Below are positions 29,306-39,746 of a stretch of DNA of 64,000 bases, in pieces (position 1 is the first letter of the stretch; each line of letters begins with the position of its first letter). Below the pieces are notes generated by a model. The model ran no database searches and was not told the DNA's origin. It saw only the letters and a list, made by a program, of their open reading frames with translations. The DNA is from a bacterium. GTDB taxonomy: Bacteria > UBA8248. The stretch spans positions 2,336,001 to 2,400,000 of the forward strand of contig OZ253442.1 of NCBI GenBank assembly GCA_965261085.1. Reading direction: 5' to 3'. The position numbers and the translations under genes are program-made.

Positions 29306-30403
29306 TCAAAGCTCAAAGCCGAGTTCGAGTTCCTCGTTCAGCCTTTGCATCTGCTCCAGGACGGCGGGCGTGATGGGGATGCCGATTCGCCTGTTTTCCT
29401 CCTCGGCAATCGCTTCGGGCTCGCCGTGAATATAGATGCGATCGTGGCCCGGCGCTTTTTTCGCCCCCCGGATGGTCTCGAAGAGTTTTGTCATATCCCC
29501 GAATATGGCGGATAAGTCCCTGAAGCCGGACGTCTTGATCGCGCCCATGAAGTGGCCCGTAGCGGATTTCGCCTTGCCTGCCGCGCCCGCCAGGCGGCTT
29601 TCCAGACCCGCGCCCGAGAGTACGCCGCACAGAATATCCACCATCAACTGGAGGCCGTAGCCCTTGTGGCCCCCGTTCTCGTCTCCCTCGCCGCCTAAGG
29701 GCGCAAGAGGCACCTCGTAGTTCAGTATGCTCTTATCGTTCAGGGTGGGCGTTCCCATGGAGGAGAGCACCCAGCTTTTGGGGACTTCGCGTCCCTCGCG
29801 GAGCGCCGTCTCTATTTTGCCCACGGCCGTTACGGCGGTGGCCATGTCGAGATGAAAATCGGTTCCTCCCGGCCCGCCCGGTATCGCCACGCTCATCGGG
29901 TTGGTGCCGAAGATCGCCTCCGCCCCGAAGGTGGGCGCGGTGCGGCGTCCGCCGTTCGTCATGCTGATGCCGATGAAGCCCGCCTCCATCGCCTTTTTCG
30001 CCCAATAGCCCGCATAGCCGAAGTGGCTGCTGTTGCGGACGGTCACGAAGCCCGAACCGTGTTTTTCCGCCATGGCGAGGGCCTCGTCCATCGCGCGGTT
30101 CGAGGCGACGATGCCTATGGCGTCGTCCGCGTCGAGAAGGCCGGTGGTGTCGCTCCCCTGGTAGAATTTCATGTCGGGCCTGTTGTTCAGTACGCCGTTT
30201 TCGAGGCGAACCATGAAAAAGCTCAGCCGCGCCGCCCCGTGGCTGCGGATGCCTCTTAAATCGGCGCTGACCAATACTTTCGCCACGAGGTGGGCGTCAT
30301 CCTCGGGCACGTCCTGGCTGCGGAATATGGTGTAGACGAACTCTTCGATGACTTCTGAGGGAAAACGCACTGTTCCTTCGGGCAGTGGACCGGATTCGAC
30401 CAT
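29306..30403 (-). CDS. Ldh2-family oxidoreductase (third paralogue in the window)
   Basis: ADLRGIRSHG, NSSHFG, GTNP, LDMAT, GHKGYGL, IHGE. Confidence 0.9.
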   Translation of the reverse strand: MVESGPLPEGTVRFPSEVIEEFVYTIFRSQDVPEDDAHLVAKVLVSADLRGIRSHGAARLSFFMVRLENGVLNNRPDMKFYQGSDTTGLLDADDAIGIVASNRAMDEALAMAEKHGSGFVTVRNSSHFGYAGYWAKKAMEAGFIGISMTNGGRRTAPTFGAEAIFGTNPMSVAIPGGPGGTDFHLDMATAVTAVGKIETALREGREVPKSWVLSSMGTPTLNDKSILNYEVPLAPLGGEGDENGGHKGYGLQLMVDILCGVLSGAGLESRLAGAAGKAKSATGHFMGAIKTSGFRDLSAIFGDMTKLFETIRGAKKAPGHDRIYIHGEPEAIAEEENRRIGIPITPAVLEQMQRLNEELELGFEL

Positions 30404-30578
30404 GAGAATCTCCTCGAAAAATTTTTGATTTTTGATGCTGTGCGATTGTTACGCCATATTAGCCCGTCTTTGCATTTTTCGGGAAGTCGCGCCGGGTTGC
30501 GCCGCGCCTTGCGGGTTGCGCTTGGGTTTTGTCAAAATGCGCTTCTTTTCAGGATATGCGCTCGTAAACAGGGGAGAG

Positions 30579-31634
30579 ATGAAAGTGGCTCGCATAGCGG
30601 TGGTGCGTGGGGACGGAATCGCGAACGAGGTGATGCCCGAGGCGGAGGAGACGCTCCGGGCGGCGGCGGAGGCGGCCTCGTTTTCTGTGGAGTTCGAATA
30701 CTTCGACTGGGGAAGCGACCGGTATCTGGAACAGGGCAGGGGTATGCCCGAAGATGGCTGCGATACACTTCGGGCGGGCTTCGACGCCGTGTTTCAAGGC
30801 GCCATCGGCGACCCGAGGGTTCCAGGGTCGATCGTGCAGGAACAAGTGATTTTGGGCGTCCGCTTCGGGTTGGATCTCTACGCCAACATCCGTCCCTGCA
30901 GGCTCTATCATGAGGATTTAACACCACTCAAGAACATGGGGGCGGGGGACATCGACCACGTCGTGGTGCGCGAGAACACCGAGGGCTTGTTCGTGAACGT
31001 GGGCGGTTTTTTCAAGCAGGGCACGAAAGACGAGGTCGCCTTACAAGAAGAGGTGCACACTTATAAGGGGGTGGAGCGCGTCATCCGGGCTTCGTTCGAG
31101 TTTTCGAGACGGCACAAGCGCAGAAAAGTCACTATGGCGGACAAGGCGAGCGGGCTTCGCTACGCCGGGGGGATATGGCGCCGCGTGTTCGATGAAGTGC
31201 GGGCGGATTTCGAAGATATCGAATCAGAAGCCAAACACATCGACGCGGTGGCGATGGAGGTGATTCAACACCCCAGGGAATTCGATGTCATCGTCACCAA
31301 CAATATGTTCGGCGATATTTTGAGTGACATCACCTCCGGCCTCGTGGGCGGTCTGGGCCTTGCGCCTTCTGCGAACGTGAATCTCGAGGGGGTCTCGATG
31401 TTCGAGCCTGTGCACGGCACGGCGCCCGACATCTATGGTCGCGGCATCGCCAACCCGATGGCGGCCATATTGACGGGCGCGCTTTTATTGGATCATCTAG
31501 GCTGCGGGGTGGGTGGAGCCGCCATACGGGGCGCCGTGGAAGAAGCCATCGCCCAGGGGGAGCGCACCACGGATTTGGGAGGCGGGTTGAACACCAAAGA
31601 ATGTGGAGACGCCGTAAGAAATAGATTAAAATAG
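30579..31634 (+). CDS. Isocitrate/isopropylmalate/tartrate dehydrogenase family (LeuB-like)
   Basis: GDGI..EV, GAIGDP, RENTEG, NMFGDILSD, FEPVHGTAPDI, NPMA. Confidence 0.9.
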   Translation: MKVARIAVVRGDGIANEVMPEAEETLRAAAEAASFSVEFEYFDWGSDRYLEQGRGMPEDGCDTLRAGFDAVFQGAIGDPRVPGSIVQEQVILGVRFGLDLYANIRPCRLYHEDLTPLKNMGAGDIDHVVVRENTEGLFVNVGGFFKQGTKDEVALQEEVHTYKGVERVIRASFEFSRRHKRRKVTMADKASGLRYAGGIWRRVFDEVRADFEDIESEAKHIDAVAMEVIQHPREFDVIVTNNMFGDILSDITSGLVGGLGLAPSANVNLEGVSMFEPVHGTAPDIYGRGIANPMAAILTGALLLDHLGCGVGGAAIRGAVEEAIAQGERTTDLGGGLNTKECGDAVRNRLK

Positions 31635-31672
31635 AAATACTTATGATGAATTATTAAAGTAGAATATAGGAG

Positions 31673-32038
31673 ATGGAGATGCCGGAAAAATCAGTAGTGG
31701 ATGTCGAAAAAGCGGCTTTTAAGGCCGTGGCGTGGGGGCAGACGAAAATTCTCGTGAGCCCGACCTCAAACGGCTCCGAGCACGTGCGCGTGGGACTCAC
31801 CGAATATGACCCCGCCACCCCCCATGAGCCTCATGCGCACCCCGGACAGGAGGAAGTCATCTGGGTGCTGAGCGGGCGGGGCTACACCGAGACGCATGGC
31901 GAAAAAAAAGACCTCTACCCGGGGGCGGTGGCCTTCATACCCGCAGGGATGGAGCATAAGACCGCGGCGGTCGGCGAGAAAATGCAGGCGATCATTATCA
32001 AGGGGCCGGTTCGGGATGCGGACGGGGTGCTGAGTTAG
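31673..32038 (+). CDS. Cupin domain protein
   Basis: HxHPGQEEVIWVLSG and IPAGMEH. Confidence 0.88.
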   Translation: MEMPEKSVVDVEKAAFKAVAWGQTKILVSPTSNGSEHVRVGLTEYDPATPHEPHAHPGQEEVIWVLSGRGYTETHGEKKDLYPGAVAFIPAGMEHKTAAVGEKMQAIIIKGPVRDADGVLS

Positions 32039-32123
32039 GAAAATATCGAGAACGCAAGCTCCGGGGGAACGGGTTAGGCTTCCTCCCGGGGAGGGCGGCG
32101 CATGCCCGTGAGGGAGCCGCATC

Positions 32124-33173
32124 TTAGGGAGCGGATATCAAAACCCGCTCGTCTTGAACTTCCAGCTTTGTTCCAAAAGGTTCGTTGAGCGCATTCATCA
32201 CGCCCAAAATTCTGCGGCCCTCTCCCCGCTTGGGGGAATGGCGTCTGGGTATGGAGAATACGCCGGCCGTCACGGGCATCAAATAGGGTTCTTTCACTCC
32301 CGATTTAGTCAGGGTGCAGCCGAAGAGGAAGGTTTCGTGTGTCTCTTCGGTGAAGAAGGGAATCTTAAAATCGAATATCAGATTGCCCATGCTGTAGACG
32401 ATGGGCGCACCCTTGTGGAATTCGATCCCCTGAAGAACGTGCGGGTGGCCTCCTAAAACCAGGTCCGCGCCTGCTTCGATGGTGGCGTGGGCGATTTCGC
32501 GCTCAAAATCCATGACCTCATGCGTCATGCTCGTGCCCCAGTGGTGATTCACCACCACGAGGTCTGCTTTTTTCTTCAGATTTCTGACGTCGCGCTTCAT
32601 GCGCGCGAGATGAGCGGGTTCCGCCCATGTGTCGATTCTAGGCGCGGTGCCGGGGTATTCGGAAAGGTCGCGCCAGGGGCGATAGGCCGTGTGGGCGCGA
32701 ATAGGGTTCACGCCCGGCTCGGCGGTCGATGCCTCGAACCCTCTCGGGATGATGGAGCAATACGCCAAAAAGCCGATTTTAAGGCCTCCGCGCTCGATGA
32801 GAACAGGCCTTCTCGCTTGCGTGAGGTTCATGCCGCCGCCTACGAGCGAAACCCCGAGGGAATCCATGAGGGACATGGTTTCCGCAAAGGCTTCTTCTCC
32901 ATAATCGAGCACATGGTTGTTCGCAAAGGCCATGACGTCGAAGCCCGCCTCGGTGAGGGCGTGGGCCATATCCGGCGCGCCGCGCAGCAGAATTTTCTCG
33001 GGCGCAGGCTTTCCGTCGTGAGACAGTGGCAGTTCCAGATTGGCGAAGGAAACGTCCGCTTCCTGGAAGAGGGGAATCAGCCCGCCGAAAGCTCCTTTCG
33101 CCTCCGCGCGGTTGATGGCGATGTCCCCTCCGGCCAGAAGCCTGGGGCTATTTTTAGCGCGGCGGGAGGGCAT
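32124..33173 (-). CDS. CapA/PgsA-family metallophosphoesterase-fold protein (no signal peptide)
   Basis: GDI, ANLE, ANNHVLDYG, HWG, GGHPHVLQ, YSMGN. Confidence 0.88.
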   Translation of the reverse strand: MPSRRAKNSPRLLAGGDIAINRAEAKGAFGGLIPLFQEADVSFANLELPLSHDGKPAPEKILLRGAPDMAHALTEAGFDVMAFANNHVLDYGEEAFAETMSLMDSLGVSLVGGGMNLTQARRPVLIERGGLKIGFLAYCSIIPRGFEASTAEPGVNPIRAHTAYRPWRDLSEYPGTAPRIDTWAEPAHLARMKRDVRNLKKKADLVVVNHHWGTSMTHEVMDFEREIAHATIEAGADLVLGGHPHVLQGIEFHKGAPIVYSMGNLIFDFKIPFFTEETHETFLFGCTLTKSGVKEPYLMPVTAGVFSIPRRHSPKRGEGRRILGVMNALNEPFGTKLEVQDERVLISAP

Positions 33174-33181
33174 GGGGGTGT

Positions 33182-34279
33182 CTATTCGGTGAGGCAAAGG
33201 CCGTGGTGGGGAGTGAAGGAGAGATACACCTTCTGGCCGGGGTCGAGTTCCTCGAAGTGGTCGATTTGCACGCCCACCTCGTGCGGGCCGACTTGGACCT
33301 GGCAGTCGAGGAAGTTGCCCAGATATACAGTGTCGATCACCTCGCCTTCCATGAGGTTCATCGCGTCGGTCGGCTTTTCGAGGTGAAGCAGGATGTCCTC
33401 GGGGCGGATGCTCAGGATGATTTTGCTCCCAACGGGCGCGTTTTCCGTGCCGGTGGCCTGGAGGCGGATGGGGGCCTTCTCTTCACCGAGGGTAATTTCC
33501 ACATCCGTCAGGCTTCCGTCGTGGCCGAGCAGCTTGCCTTCCAGGAGGTTGGCCACGCCGATGAAGTTCGCCACGAATGCGTTTACGGGTTCGGCGTAGA
33601 TGGATTCCGGATCGCCGATTTGCTGGATCACGCCCTTGTCCATCACCACGACCCTGTCGCTCATGACGAGCGCCTCGGTCTGGTCGTGCGTGACGTAAAT
33701 CGAGGTGATTCCCACCTCGTGCTGCAAGCGGGTGAGTTCGATGCGCATCTGCTCGCGCAGTTTGGCGTCGAGATTGCTCAGGGGTTCGTCGAACAGCACC
33801 ACCTTGGGGTTGTATACGATGGCGCGGGCGAGGGCGACGCGCTGGCGCTGTCCGCCGGAGAGTTTGGTGGCGTAACGCTCGGCTAGATGGCCCAGGCCCA
33901 CGAGTTCGAGCGCTTTCGTCGTCTTCTCCTTGATGGCGGCCCTGGTTTCGCGCCGGATCCTTAGGCCGTAGGCCACGTTGTCGAAGACCGTCATGTGCGG
34001 CCAGACGGCGTAGCTCTGGAACACCATGCCCAAGTTTCTTTCTTCCGGCGACAGAAAAACGTCGTTTGTTGCGGAGGTGACGTATTCTCCCTCGATTTGG
34101 ATATCACCGCTGTCGGGATGCTCGAGGCCGGCGATGCACCTGAGGGTCGTGGTTTTTCCGCAGCCCGAAGGCCCCAGCAGGGTGACGAACTCGCCTTGCT
34201 CGACGGACAAATCAATGCCCGCCACGGCGACTTCGGGTCCAAACGATTTCACCAGCTTCGTTATTTCGACGAATGACAC
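33182..34279 (-). CDS. ABC ATP-binding protein (FbpC/PotA type, TOBE domain)
   Basis: GPSGCGKTT, LSGGQRQR, DEPLSNLD, VTHDQ. Confidence 0.93.
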   Translation of the reverse strand: MSFVEITKLVKSFGPEVAVAGIDLSVEQGEFVTLLGPSGCGKTTTLRCIAGLEHPDSGDIQIEGEYVTSATNDVFLSPEERNLGMVFQSYAVWPHMTVFDNVAYGLRIRRETRAAIKEKTTKALELVGLGHLAERYATKLSGGQRQRVALARAIVYNPKVVLFDEPLSNLDAKLREQMRIELTRLQHEVGITSIYVTHDQTEALVMSDRVVVMDKGVIQQIGDPESIYAEPVNAFVANFIGVANLLEGKLLGHDGSLTDVEITLGEEKAPIRLQATGTENAPVGSKIILSIRPEDILLHLEKPTDAMNLMEGEVIDTVYLGNFLDCQVQVGPHEVGVQIDHFEELDPGQKVYLSFTPHHGLCLTE

Positions 34280-34292
34280 TTGAGGCTATCCT

Positions 34293-35390
34293 CTAGGGTT
34301 TAACGGCCAGCGTATGATCGGGGTCGAGGCGCATGTACACCTTCTCGCCCACGCGCAGGCGTTCTCTTGAGTGCGCCAGCACCTTCCACTCGAATTCTCC
34401 CCACTGCACCCGGCAATCGAGGCAGTTGCCCAAAAAGACGGATTGAATCACCTCACCCTCGATTCTGGGCCCGTCCATCGGCTCGCGCGATGCGTCCACG
34501 TTCTCGGGACGAACGGAGAGAAAGGCGGCGTCACCCTCCGAGAGGCCGTCGGCGAGCAGGCAGGGCAGTTGGACGCTCTCACCGCCCTGGGATATCTCGA
34601 TGGTGCCCGTTCCCTCGCCGCCGTTTCCGACGATACGGCCCTCGGTCAGGTTCGCCACGCCGATGAAATCGCTCACGAACTTGTTGACGGGCCGCGCGTA
34701 GATGGAATGGGGGCCGCCTGTTTGTTCGATGTTTCCCTTGCTCATCACGATAATCTCATCGCTCATCACGAGGGCTTCCGCCTGGTCGTGCGTCACGTAG
34801 ATCGAGGTGATGCCGATTTCGTGCTGAATCCGCTTGAGTTCGACGCGCATCTGCTCCCTGAGCTTCAGGTCCAGATTGCTCAGCGGCTCATCGAAGAGCA
34901 AGAGGCGCGGCTCGAAGACCATGGCGCGCGCGAGGGCCGCTCTTTGCTGCTGACCGCCCGAGAGCTGCGTGGCATTTTTGTCCGCCATGTCGGTGAGGCC
35001 GACGATTTTCAGCGCCTGGGCGACGCGGTCGTCGATTTCCGACTGCGCCATGTTGCGTATCTCGAGAGGGTAAGCCACGTTCTGGGTCACGTCCATGTGC
35101 GGCCAGATGGCGTAGCTCTGGAACACCATGCCGATGTTGCGCTTCTCGGGAGGGGTGTTGATACGGTTTTCTATCGAGGTGACCGGGTCCGAACCGATGC
35201 GAATCTCGCCCGCGTCCGGCTTGAGGAGGCCGGCGATGCACATGAGCGTCGTGGTTTTTCCGCAGCCCGAGGGGCCGAGCAGGGTGAGGAATTTCCCCTC
35301 CGGAATGCCGAAGGAAATACCGTCCACGGCGCGGTCGTCGCCGAAGTATTTTATGAGGGTGCCGACTTGGAGATAGTTGTTTTCGGTCAT
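34293..35390 (-). CDS. ABC ATP-binding protein (FbpC/PotA type), second paralogue
   Basis: GPSGCGKTT, LSGGQQQR, DEPLSNLD, VTHDQ. Confidence 0.93.
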   Translation of the reverse strand: MTENNYLQVGTLIKYFGDDRAVDGISFGIPEGKFLTLLGPSGCGKTTTLMCIAGLLKPDAGEIRIGSDPVTSIENRINTPPEKRNIGMVFQSYAIWPHMDVTQNVAYPLEIRNMAQSEIDDRVAQALKIVGLTDMADKNATQLSGGQQQRAALARAMVFEPRLLLFDEPLSNLDLKLREQMRVELKRIQHEIGITSIYVTHDQAEALVMSDEIIVMSKGNIEQTGGPHSIYARPVNKFVSDFIGVANLTEGRIVGNGGEGTGTIEISQGGESVQLPCLLADGLSEGDAAFLSVRPENVDASREPMDGPRIEGEVIQSVFLGNCLDCRVQWGEFEWKVLAHSRERLRVGEKVYMRLDPDHTLAVKP

Positions 35391-35394
35391 TGTC

Positions 35395-37143
35395 TTATGC
35401 GGTAAGCGCCTCTTTGCCGGCTACTTTTCGGAAAATGACGACGCAAATCAAAAGCGCAACCGTCTGCGCGATGGAAAGGGCCGCCGTCATGGGTTCGTTT
35501 TCGAAATTGGACAGATAATACACGCCGACGGATAGCGTCTCCGTGCCGACGGAATACAGTATGATGGAAATAGAGAGTTCTCTCAAGAATATGACGAACA
35601 GGAGAATCCACCCGGCGAAAATGCCCGGCTTGAGAAGCGGAATCGTGATTCTCCACAGCGTCGTGAGCCACGAAGCCCCCGCCATGCGCGAACTCTGGTC
35701 GAGTTCTTCCGATACGGCCATCATGATGGAGGAGATGTTCCTCTGCCCGTAGGGGAAAAAGCGCGTGATGTAGCCGAGCAGCAGAATCCAGAGCGTGGCG
35801 TAGATGGGCGTCCTGATGTAGGTGACGAGAACGCCCATGGCCAGCACGATGCCGGGGAACCCGATGGGGATGACGCTCAGGAATTCGAGCATTTTCGAAC
35901 CGAAGCCCTTGGTGCGGTGGATCATGTAGCTCACGATGATGGCCAGCACCATGGCGATCGTAGCGCCGCCGAACGCGAGTATGAAGCTGTTGATGATGCC
36001 GTTGGTGGCCGCCTGGATGCTCTCGGGCCACCAGAAGAAGAGCACCTTCTGGTAGTTCCAAAAGGTGAGTTCCGACCAGATGACGCTCCCCGACCAGATT
36101 TTGTGAAGACTCACGAAGAAAAGACAGACGATGGGAAGAATAACGGCGACGAACACGTAGAATACGTTGTAGCCGAAGGCGAGCCACTTCCAATTGCCCA
36201 GGTCGATGAGATTCGGCCGGAAGCCCTTGCCGGTCACCGTCGTATAGGCCCGAGGCGCGATGATTTTGTGCTGAATCCATATGAAGAACCCCGTCACCAC
36301 GCCCACCACCATGCTCATGGCGGCGCCCAGGTAGTGGTTCGCGTCATCACCCACCGCTTTTGTGAAAATCTGCGTGGTCAGCGTCTCCCAGCCGAATGGA
36401 GCGGAGAGCTTGAAGGGTACGCCGAACTCCCCGGCCGTCGTCACGAACACGATGATGGCGCCCGAGAGAATCGCGGGGGTCACGAGGGGCAGGGTGATTG
36501 TCATGGTGGTTCGGAGCAAGCCCGCTCCCGTCGTCCGCGCGCTGTCCTCGAGCGAGGGGTCCATGCGCCTGAGCGAACCCACCACGAACAGGTAGACGAG
36601 AGGGGCGAAGAAAATTCCCGTCACCCAGATGACGCCCCACAGATTATTCACGTTGAACAGCGAGAAGGAAATGCCGAAAAAGCTTTTCGCCATGTTGTTC
36701 AACATGCCGACTTTCGGGGAGGCCAGGTTGTGCCAGGCGATGGCGCCGACGAAAGGACTCAGGAAGAAGGGGACGAGGTTGAAGGGCTCGAGTTGTTCCC
36801 TGAACGGGCAGTTGGTTCTCGCGTTGACCCACGCGAGCGATACGCCCAGCAGCGTGGCCAGGATGGTGCAGCCCGTGCTGATGATGGCGGTATTGACGAG
36901 GGCTTTTCTGATGACGCGGCCCTGGAATACCTCCCTGTAGTTCTGGAGTCCCCATTCAGTGTCGAAGCCCAAGTCATCGAGCACCAAAAAACTGTTGATG
37001 ACGAGCGCGATTAGCGGCAGGAAGACCGCCACCGCCACGATGAGGCCGACGACGGTCGTAATGATGTTCTCCTGCGTGAACCATGTGCGCCAGCCGCTCG
37101 GGGGAGCGACGTCGAATTGGGGTCTCGCGGTGTCTGTGGCCAT
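35395..37143 (-). CDS. Fused double-domain ABC permease (FbpB type)
   Basis: Two EAA-like loops (LEDSARTTGA, LDQSSRMAGA) in a 582-aa polytopic protein. Confidence 0.9.
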   Translation of the reverse strand: MATDTARPQFDVAPPSGWRTWFTQENIITTVVGLIVAVAVFLPLIALVINSFLVLDDLGFDTEWGLQNYREVFQGRVIRKALVNTAIISTGCTILATLLGVSLAWVNARTNCPFREQLEPFNLVPFFLSPFVGAIAWHNLASPKVGMLNNMAKSFFGISFSLFNVNNLWGVIWVTGIFFAPLVYLFVVGSLRRMDPSLEDSARTTGAGLLRTTMTITLPLVTPAILSGAIIVFVTTAGEFGVPFKLSAPFGWETLTTQIFTKAVGDDANHYLGAAMSMVVGVVTGFFIWIQHKIIAPRAYTTVTGKGFRPNLIDLGNWKWLAFGYNVFYVFVAVILPIVCLFFVSLHKIWSGSVIWSELTFWNYQKVLFFWWPESIQAATNGIINSFILAFGGATIAMVLAIIVSYMIHRTKGFGSKMLEFLSVIPIGFPGIVLAMGVLVTYIRTPIYATLWILLLGYITRFFPYGQRNISSIMMAVSEELDQSSRMAGASWLTTLWRITIPLLKPGIFAGWILLFVIFLRELSISIILYSVGTETLSVGVYYLSNFENEPMTAALSIAQTVALLICVVIFRKVAGKEALTA

Positions 37144-37355
37144 AGCCTTATCGGATGAATTCTTTCCGGCGAATCATGCGCCGCCTTCAAAAGTTTCTCC
37201 CCACGATCCAGTGCGCCGGTTCGCGGGGGGAGTCAGTTTATAGAATTTCCTTATGACGCACTATATCGCGAAGGCTCTGCCCGTCTTGCGCCTGAGCGGC
37301 GTCTTCGGCTGAACCCTCGCGGCATGGCGCGGCCGCTCATTTCCCGCTTCATGAT

Positions 37356-37405
37356 AAAAACCGGAAGGCTGGGAGCCCCTATTGAGAGGCTCCCAGCCGT
37401 TCCGG
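37356..37405 (-). terminator. Stem-loop/intrinsic terminator between the SBP and permease genes
   Basis: CCGGAA-GGCTGGGAGCC / GGCTCCCAGCC-G-TTCCGG, with a T-run on the minus strand. Confidence 0.7.
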
Positions 37406-37424
37406 GCAACAAACGATAATCGTC

Positions 37425-38531
37425 CTACTTGTAGCGCTTGATGAATTCGGCGCGCGTCGCCTTGAACTTCTTCTGCGCGGCTACCCAGTCCTTCAGGCCC
37501 AGCAGCTTATGCTTGCTGAGGTCGAGGAGGTAGGGCTGCACAACCTTGGGCGGCTTGTAGCCCCCGCGGAAGCTGTAGACGGCCTCGCCTTCCACGTATA
37601 CGTCGGTGCCTTCTTTGGTGAGGAGGAATTCAACCAGCAGTTTGCCGGCGTTGGGGTTGGGCGCGCCATTTAAGACGGCCGCCTGGTTGCCAAGCATGAC
37701 CTGGCCTTCTTTGTAGTAGCCGATTTTGAGGACTTTAGCGAGGTCAGGTTTCTTGAGGACGTTCTGATACACACGGCCTGAGAGGTTCCAGGGGTCGAGG
37801 CCGCGCTCGCAGTTGATGAGCACCTGCATCTTCGGCTCGGTGCGGAACATGACGACGGGCTTCGTGGCTTTGAGGGCGTCCCAGTACTTGTTCATGTCCA
37901 TGCCGCTCTCGATGAGCGAGATGACGGTGTTGGTGTAGGTGAAGCTCTTCGTGATGTCGCCGGCGATGGTCTGGCCCATTAGGTTTTTAGTGATAGTGTC
38001 GGGATAAGAAGTGACGTTCAGGTCCTTCATGCCCGGGCAGGAGGTGTTCCACACCGGCTGGAAGGTATAGGCCAGAGGCGTCACGACGTAGGGGTAGTTC
38101 GCGTACTGACCGGCTTTCTTGATCACCGCCGCGAAATGTTTGTTCCACTCGGCGCTGTCGAGCTTGTGGTACGCGCCGCGTTTTTGGGCAGCGGCGAAGA
38201 AGCCGGGCGCGCTCACCACGTGGACGTCGACGGAGAACTTGTTGGCCCGCATCTCCTGACGCACCTGGGAGACGGTGGCGCCGGTGCCCTTGCGCAGGTT
38301 GCGGAATTTGAAGCCGCTCCCGAGGCCATAGTGCTTGGCGAACGCCGGGCCCATGCGCTTGGCCGTGCGATCGCCGAAAAGAGGGTTGATGATCGTGACG
38401 GCGCCCTCTTTTTTCGCCGCGCGCACGAGCTCTTTCTGGTTTTTCATCATCGCTTCGGATACGAGCGCGCCCGAGGCGAAGACAGCCAGTGCCGCCACCG
38501 CGGCAATTAAGAAACGGATACGGGGTTTCAT
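37425..38531 (-). CDS. Extracellular solute-binding protein (Fbp/thiamine/polyamine class)
   Basis: Signal peptide, AAKKEG, APNPNAGKLLVEFLLTKEG. ATG 38531 follows GAGGAGA. Confidence 0.88.
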   Translation of the reverse strand: MKPRIRFLIAAVAALAVFASGALVSEAMMKNQKELVRAAKKEGAVTIINPLFGDRTAKRMGPAFAKHYGLGSGFKFRNLRKGTGATVSQVRQEMRANKFSVDVHVVSAPGFFAAAQKRGAYHKLDSAEWNKHFAAVIKKAGQYANYPYVVTPLAYTFQPVWNTSCPGMKDLNVTSYPDTITKNLMGQTIAGDITKSFTYTNTVISLIESGMDMNKYWDALKATKPVVMFRTEPKMQVLINCERGLDPWNLSGRVYQNVLKKPDLAKVLKIGYYKEGQVMLGNQAAVLNGAPNPNAGKLLVEFLLTKEGTDVYVEGEAVYSFRGGYKPPKVVQPYLLDLSKHKLLGLKDWVAAQKKFKATRAEFIKRYK

Positions 38532-38685
38532 CGAGAATCTCCTCAATGCTGGAATAGAGTGGGGGACTACCCCCGGTTATATGTGTCCTATCTAATCACG
38601 TATGTGGCAACACCACTCGCGCAGACGAAGAAAACGATGCTCTTATTACTTGTTTTCTTTGCTGTCTGCAGAGTATTGTAGTAGT

Positions 38686-38714
38686 GAAAATAACAGATTT
38701 TTCATATCTGTCAA
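38686..38714 (-). promoter_or_regulatory. Promoter (-35 TTGACA) overlapped by the palindromic operator ACAGAT-N7-ATCTGT
   Basis: TAACAGATTTTTCATATCTGTCA at 38691-38713; minus-strand TTGACA at 38714-38709. Confidence 0.5.
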
Positions 38715-38902
38715 TGCCGTAATTTCCGGCTGGTGAAAATCCAGGTCCGATGATTTTTCGCTTATTACTTCCGGGAAAGATGTTGAATAAATAAACATCT
38801 TTCTTTGAAATGAGCGAGCGAATGAAAACTCCGGCGATTCATCGAGCCGGCGCCATGGCGCGGATTTTCTCCAGCGGTTGAAATCGAAAGCGAGGGTTTT
38901 TC

Positions 38903-39733
38903 TTGAACGTGAAATCGACCGGTTCGCCTCTCATCCAGACTCACCGGCTGGAAGCCCCCCAGGGTTCGTTCATGGAACACGTTGAGGTGATCCTCATCGG
39001 GGATGGTCCCTACATCCTCTTCGACGCGGGCTACCGCGAGTGCATTCCCGATATGCTCTCCTGGGTGGAGGCGCGCGCCGGGGCCGTGCTGGAAAAACTC
39101 GTCTTGACCCACCACCATTTCGACCACTCCGGCGGCGCGAAGGCGGCGTGTGAGCGATTCGGCGTTTCGGCCTGCGCCCACCCCCTGGAGATGGGCTTCC
39201 TCGAGGAGGAAGAGCCGGATCTGCCGGTTTCTCCGATTAGAGAGGGGGAATTCGTCGAGTTGGGAGAAATGCGCTTCGAGGCCATCCTGACGCCGGGCCA
39301 TTCTCCCGGGCACCTTTCTTTCTGGTGGGAAGAGGAGAAGATTCTCCTGGGAGGCGACAACGTTCTTCTCCCTTCGACCACGGCGGTGGTCGCGCCCAAG
39401 GGGAATCTCGGCGATTATCTCGAATCGCTGGAGAAGGTGAAGAGCCTCGCGCCTCGTCTCATCTATCCGGGCCACGGTCCGGTGATCGAGGATCCGATCG
39501 GCAGAATCGACGAACTTATAGAACACCGCAAGATGCGCGATGCGCAGTATCTCGAGGCGCTGGGCGCAGGGCACGATACGCCAGCCAAGATAGCGGACCT
39601 CATATATCAGGATTTGCCCGAGCGCCAGAGAAACCTGGGCGCCCGCGTGATAGCGCTGCACCTGGAGAGGTTCGTGGAATCCGGAGAAGTCGCGTGCGCC
39701 GATGGGCGCTATTCATTGACGGGAGCGCTTTAG
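38903..39733 (+). CDS. MBL-fold metallo-hydrolase (LACTB2-like, C-terminal winged helix)
   Basis: THHHFDH, TPGHSPGH, GDN, PGHG. Confidence 0.9.
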   Translation: MNVKSTGSPLIQTHRLEAPQGSFMEHVEVILIGDGPYILFDAGYRECIPDMLSWVEARAGAVLEKLVLTHHHFDHSGGAKAACERFGVSACAHPLEMGFLEEEEPDLPVSPIREGEFVELGEMRFEAILTPGHSPGHLSFWWEEEKILLGGDNVLLPSTTAVVAPKGNLGDYLESLEKVKSLAPRLIYPGHGPVIEDPIGRIDELIEHRKMRDAQYLEALGAGHDTPAKIADLIYQDLPERQRNLGARVIALHLERFVESGEVACADGRYSLTGAL

Positions 39734-39746
39734 GGAGGCGAGGTTT

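Noticed and set aside
32124-33173. Poly-gamma-glutamate capsule locus
   Set aside because: No capB/capC, and the CapA-family protein lacks a membrane anchor.
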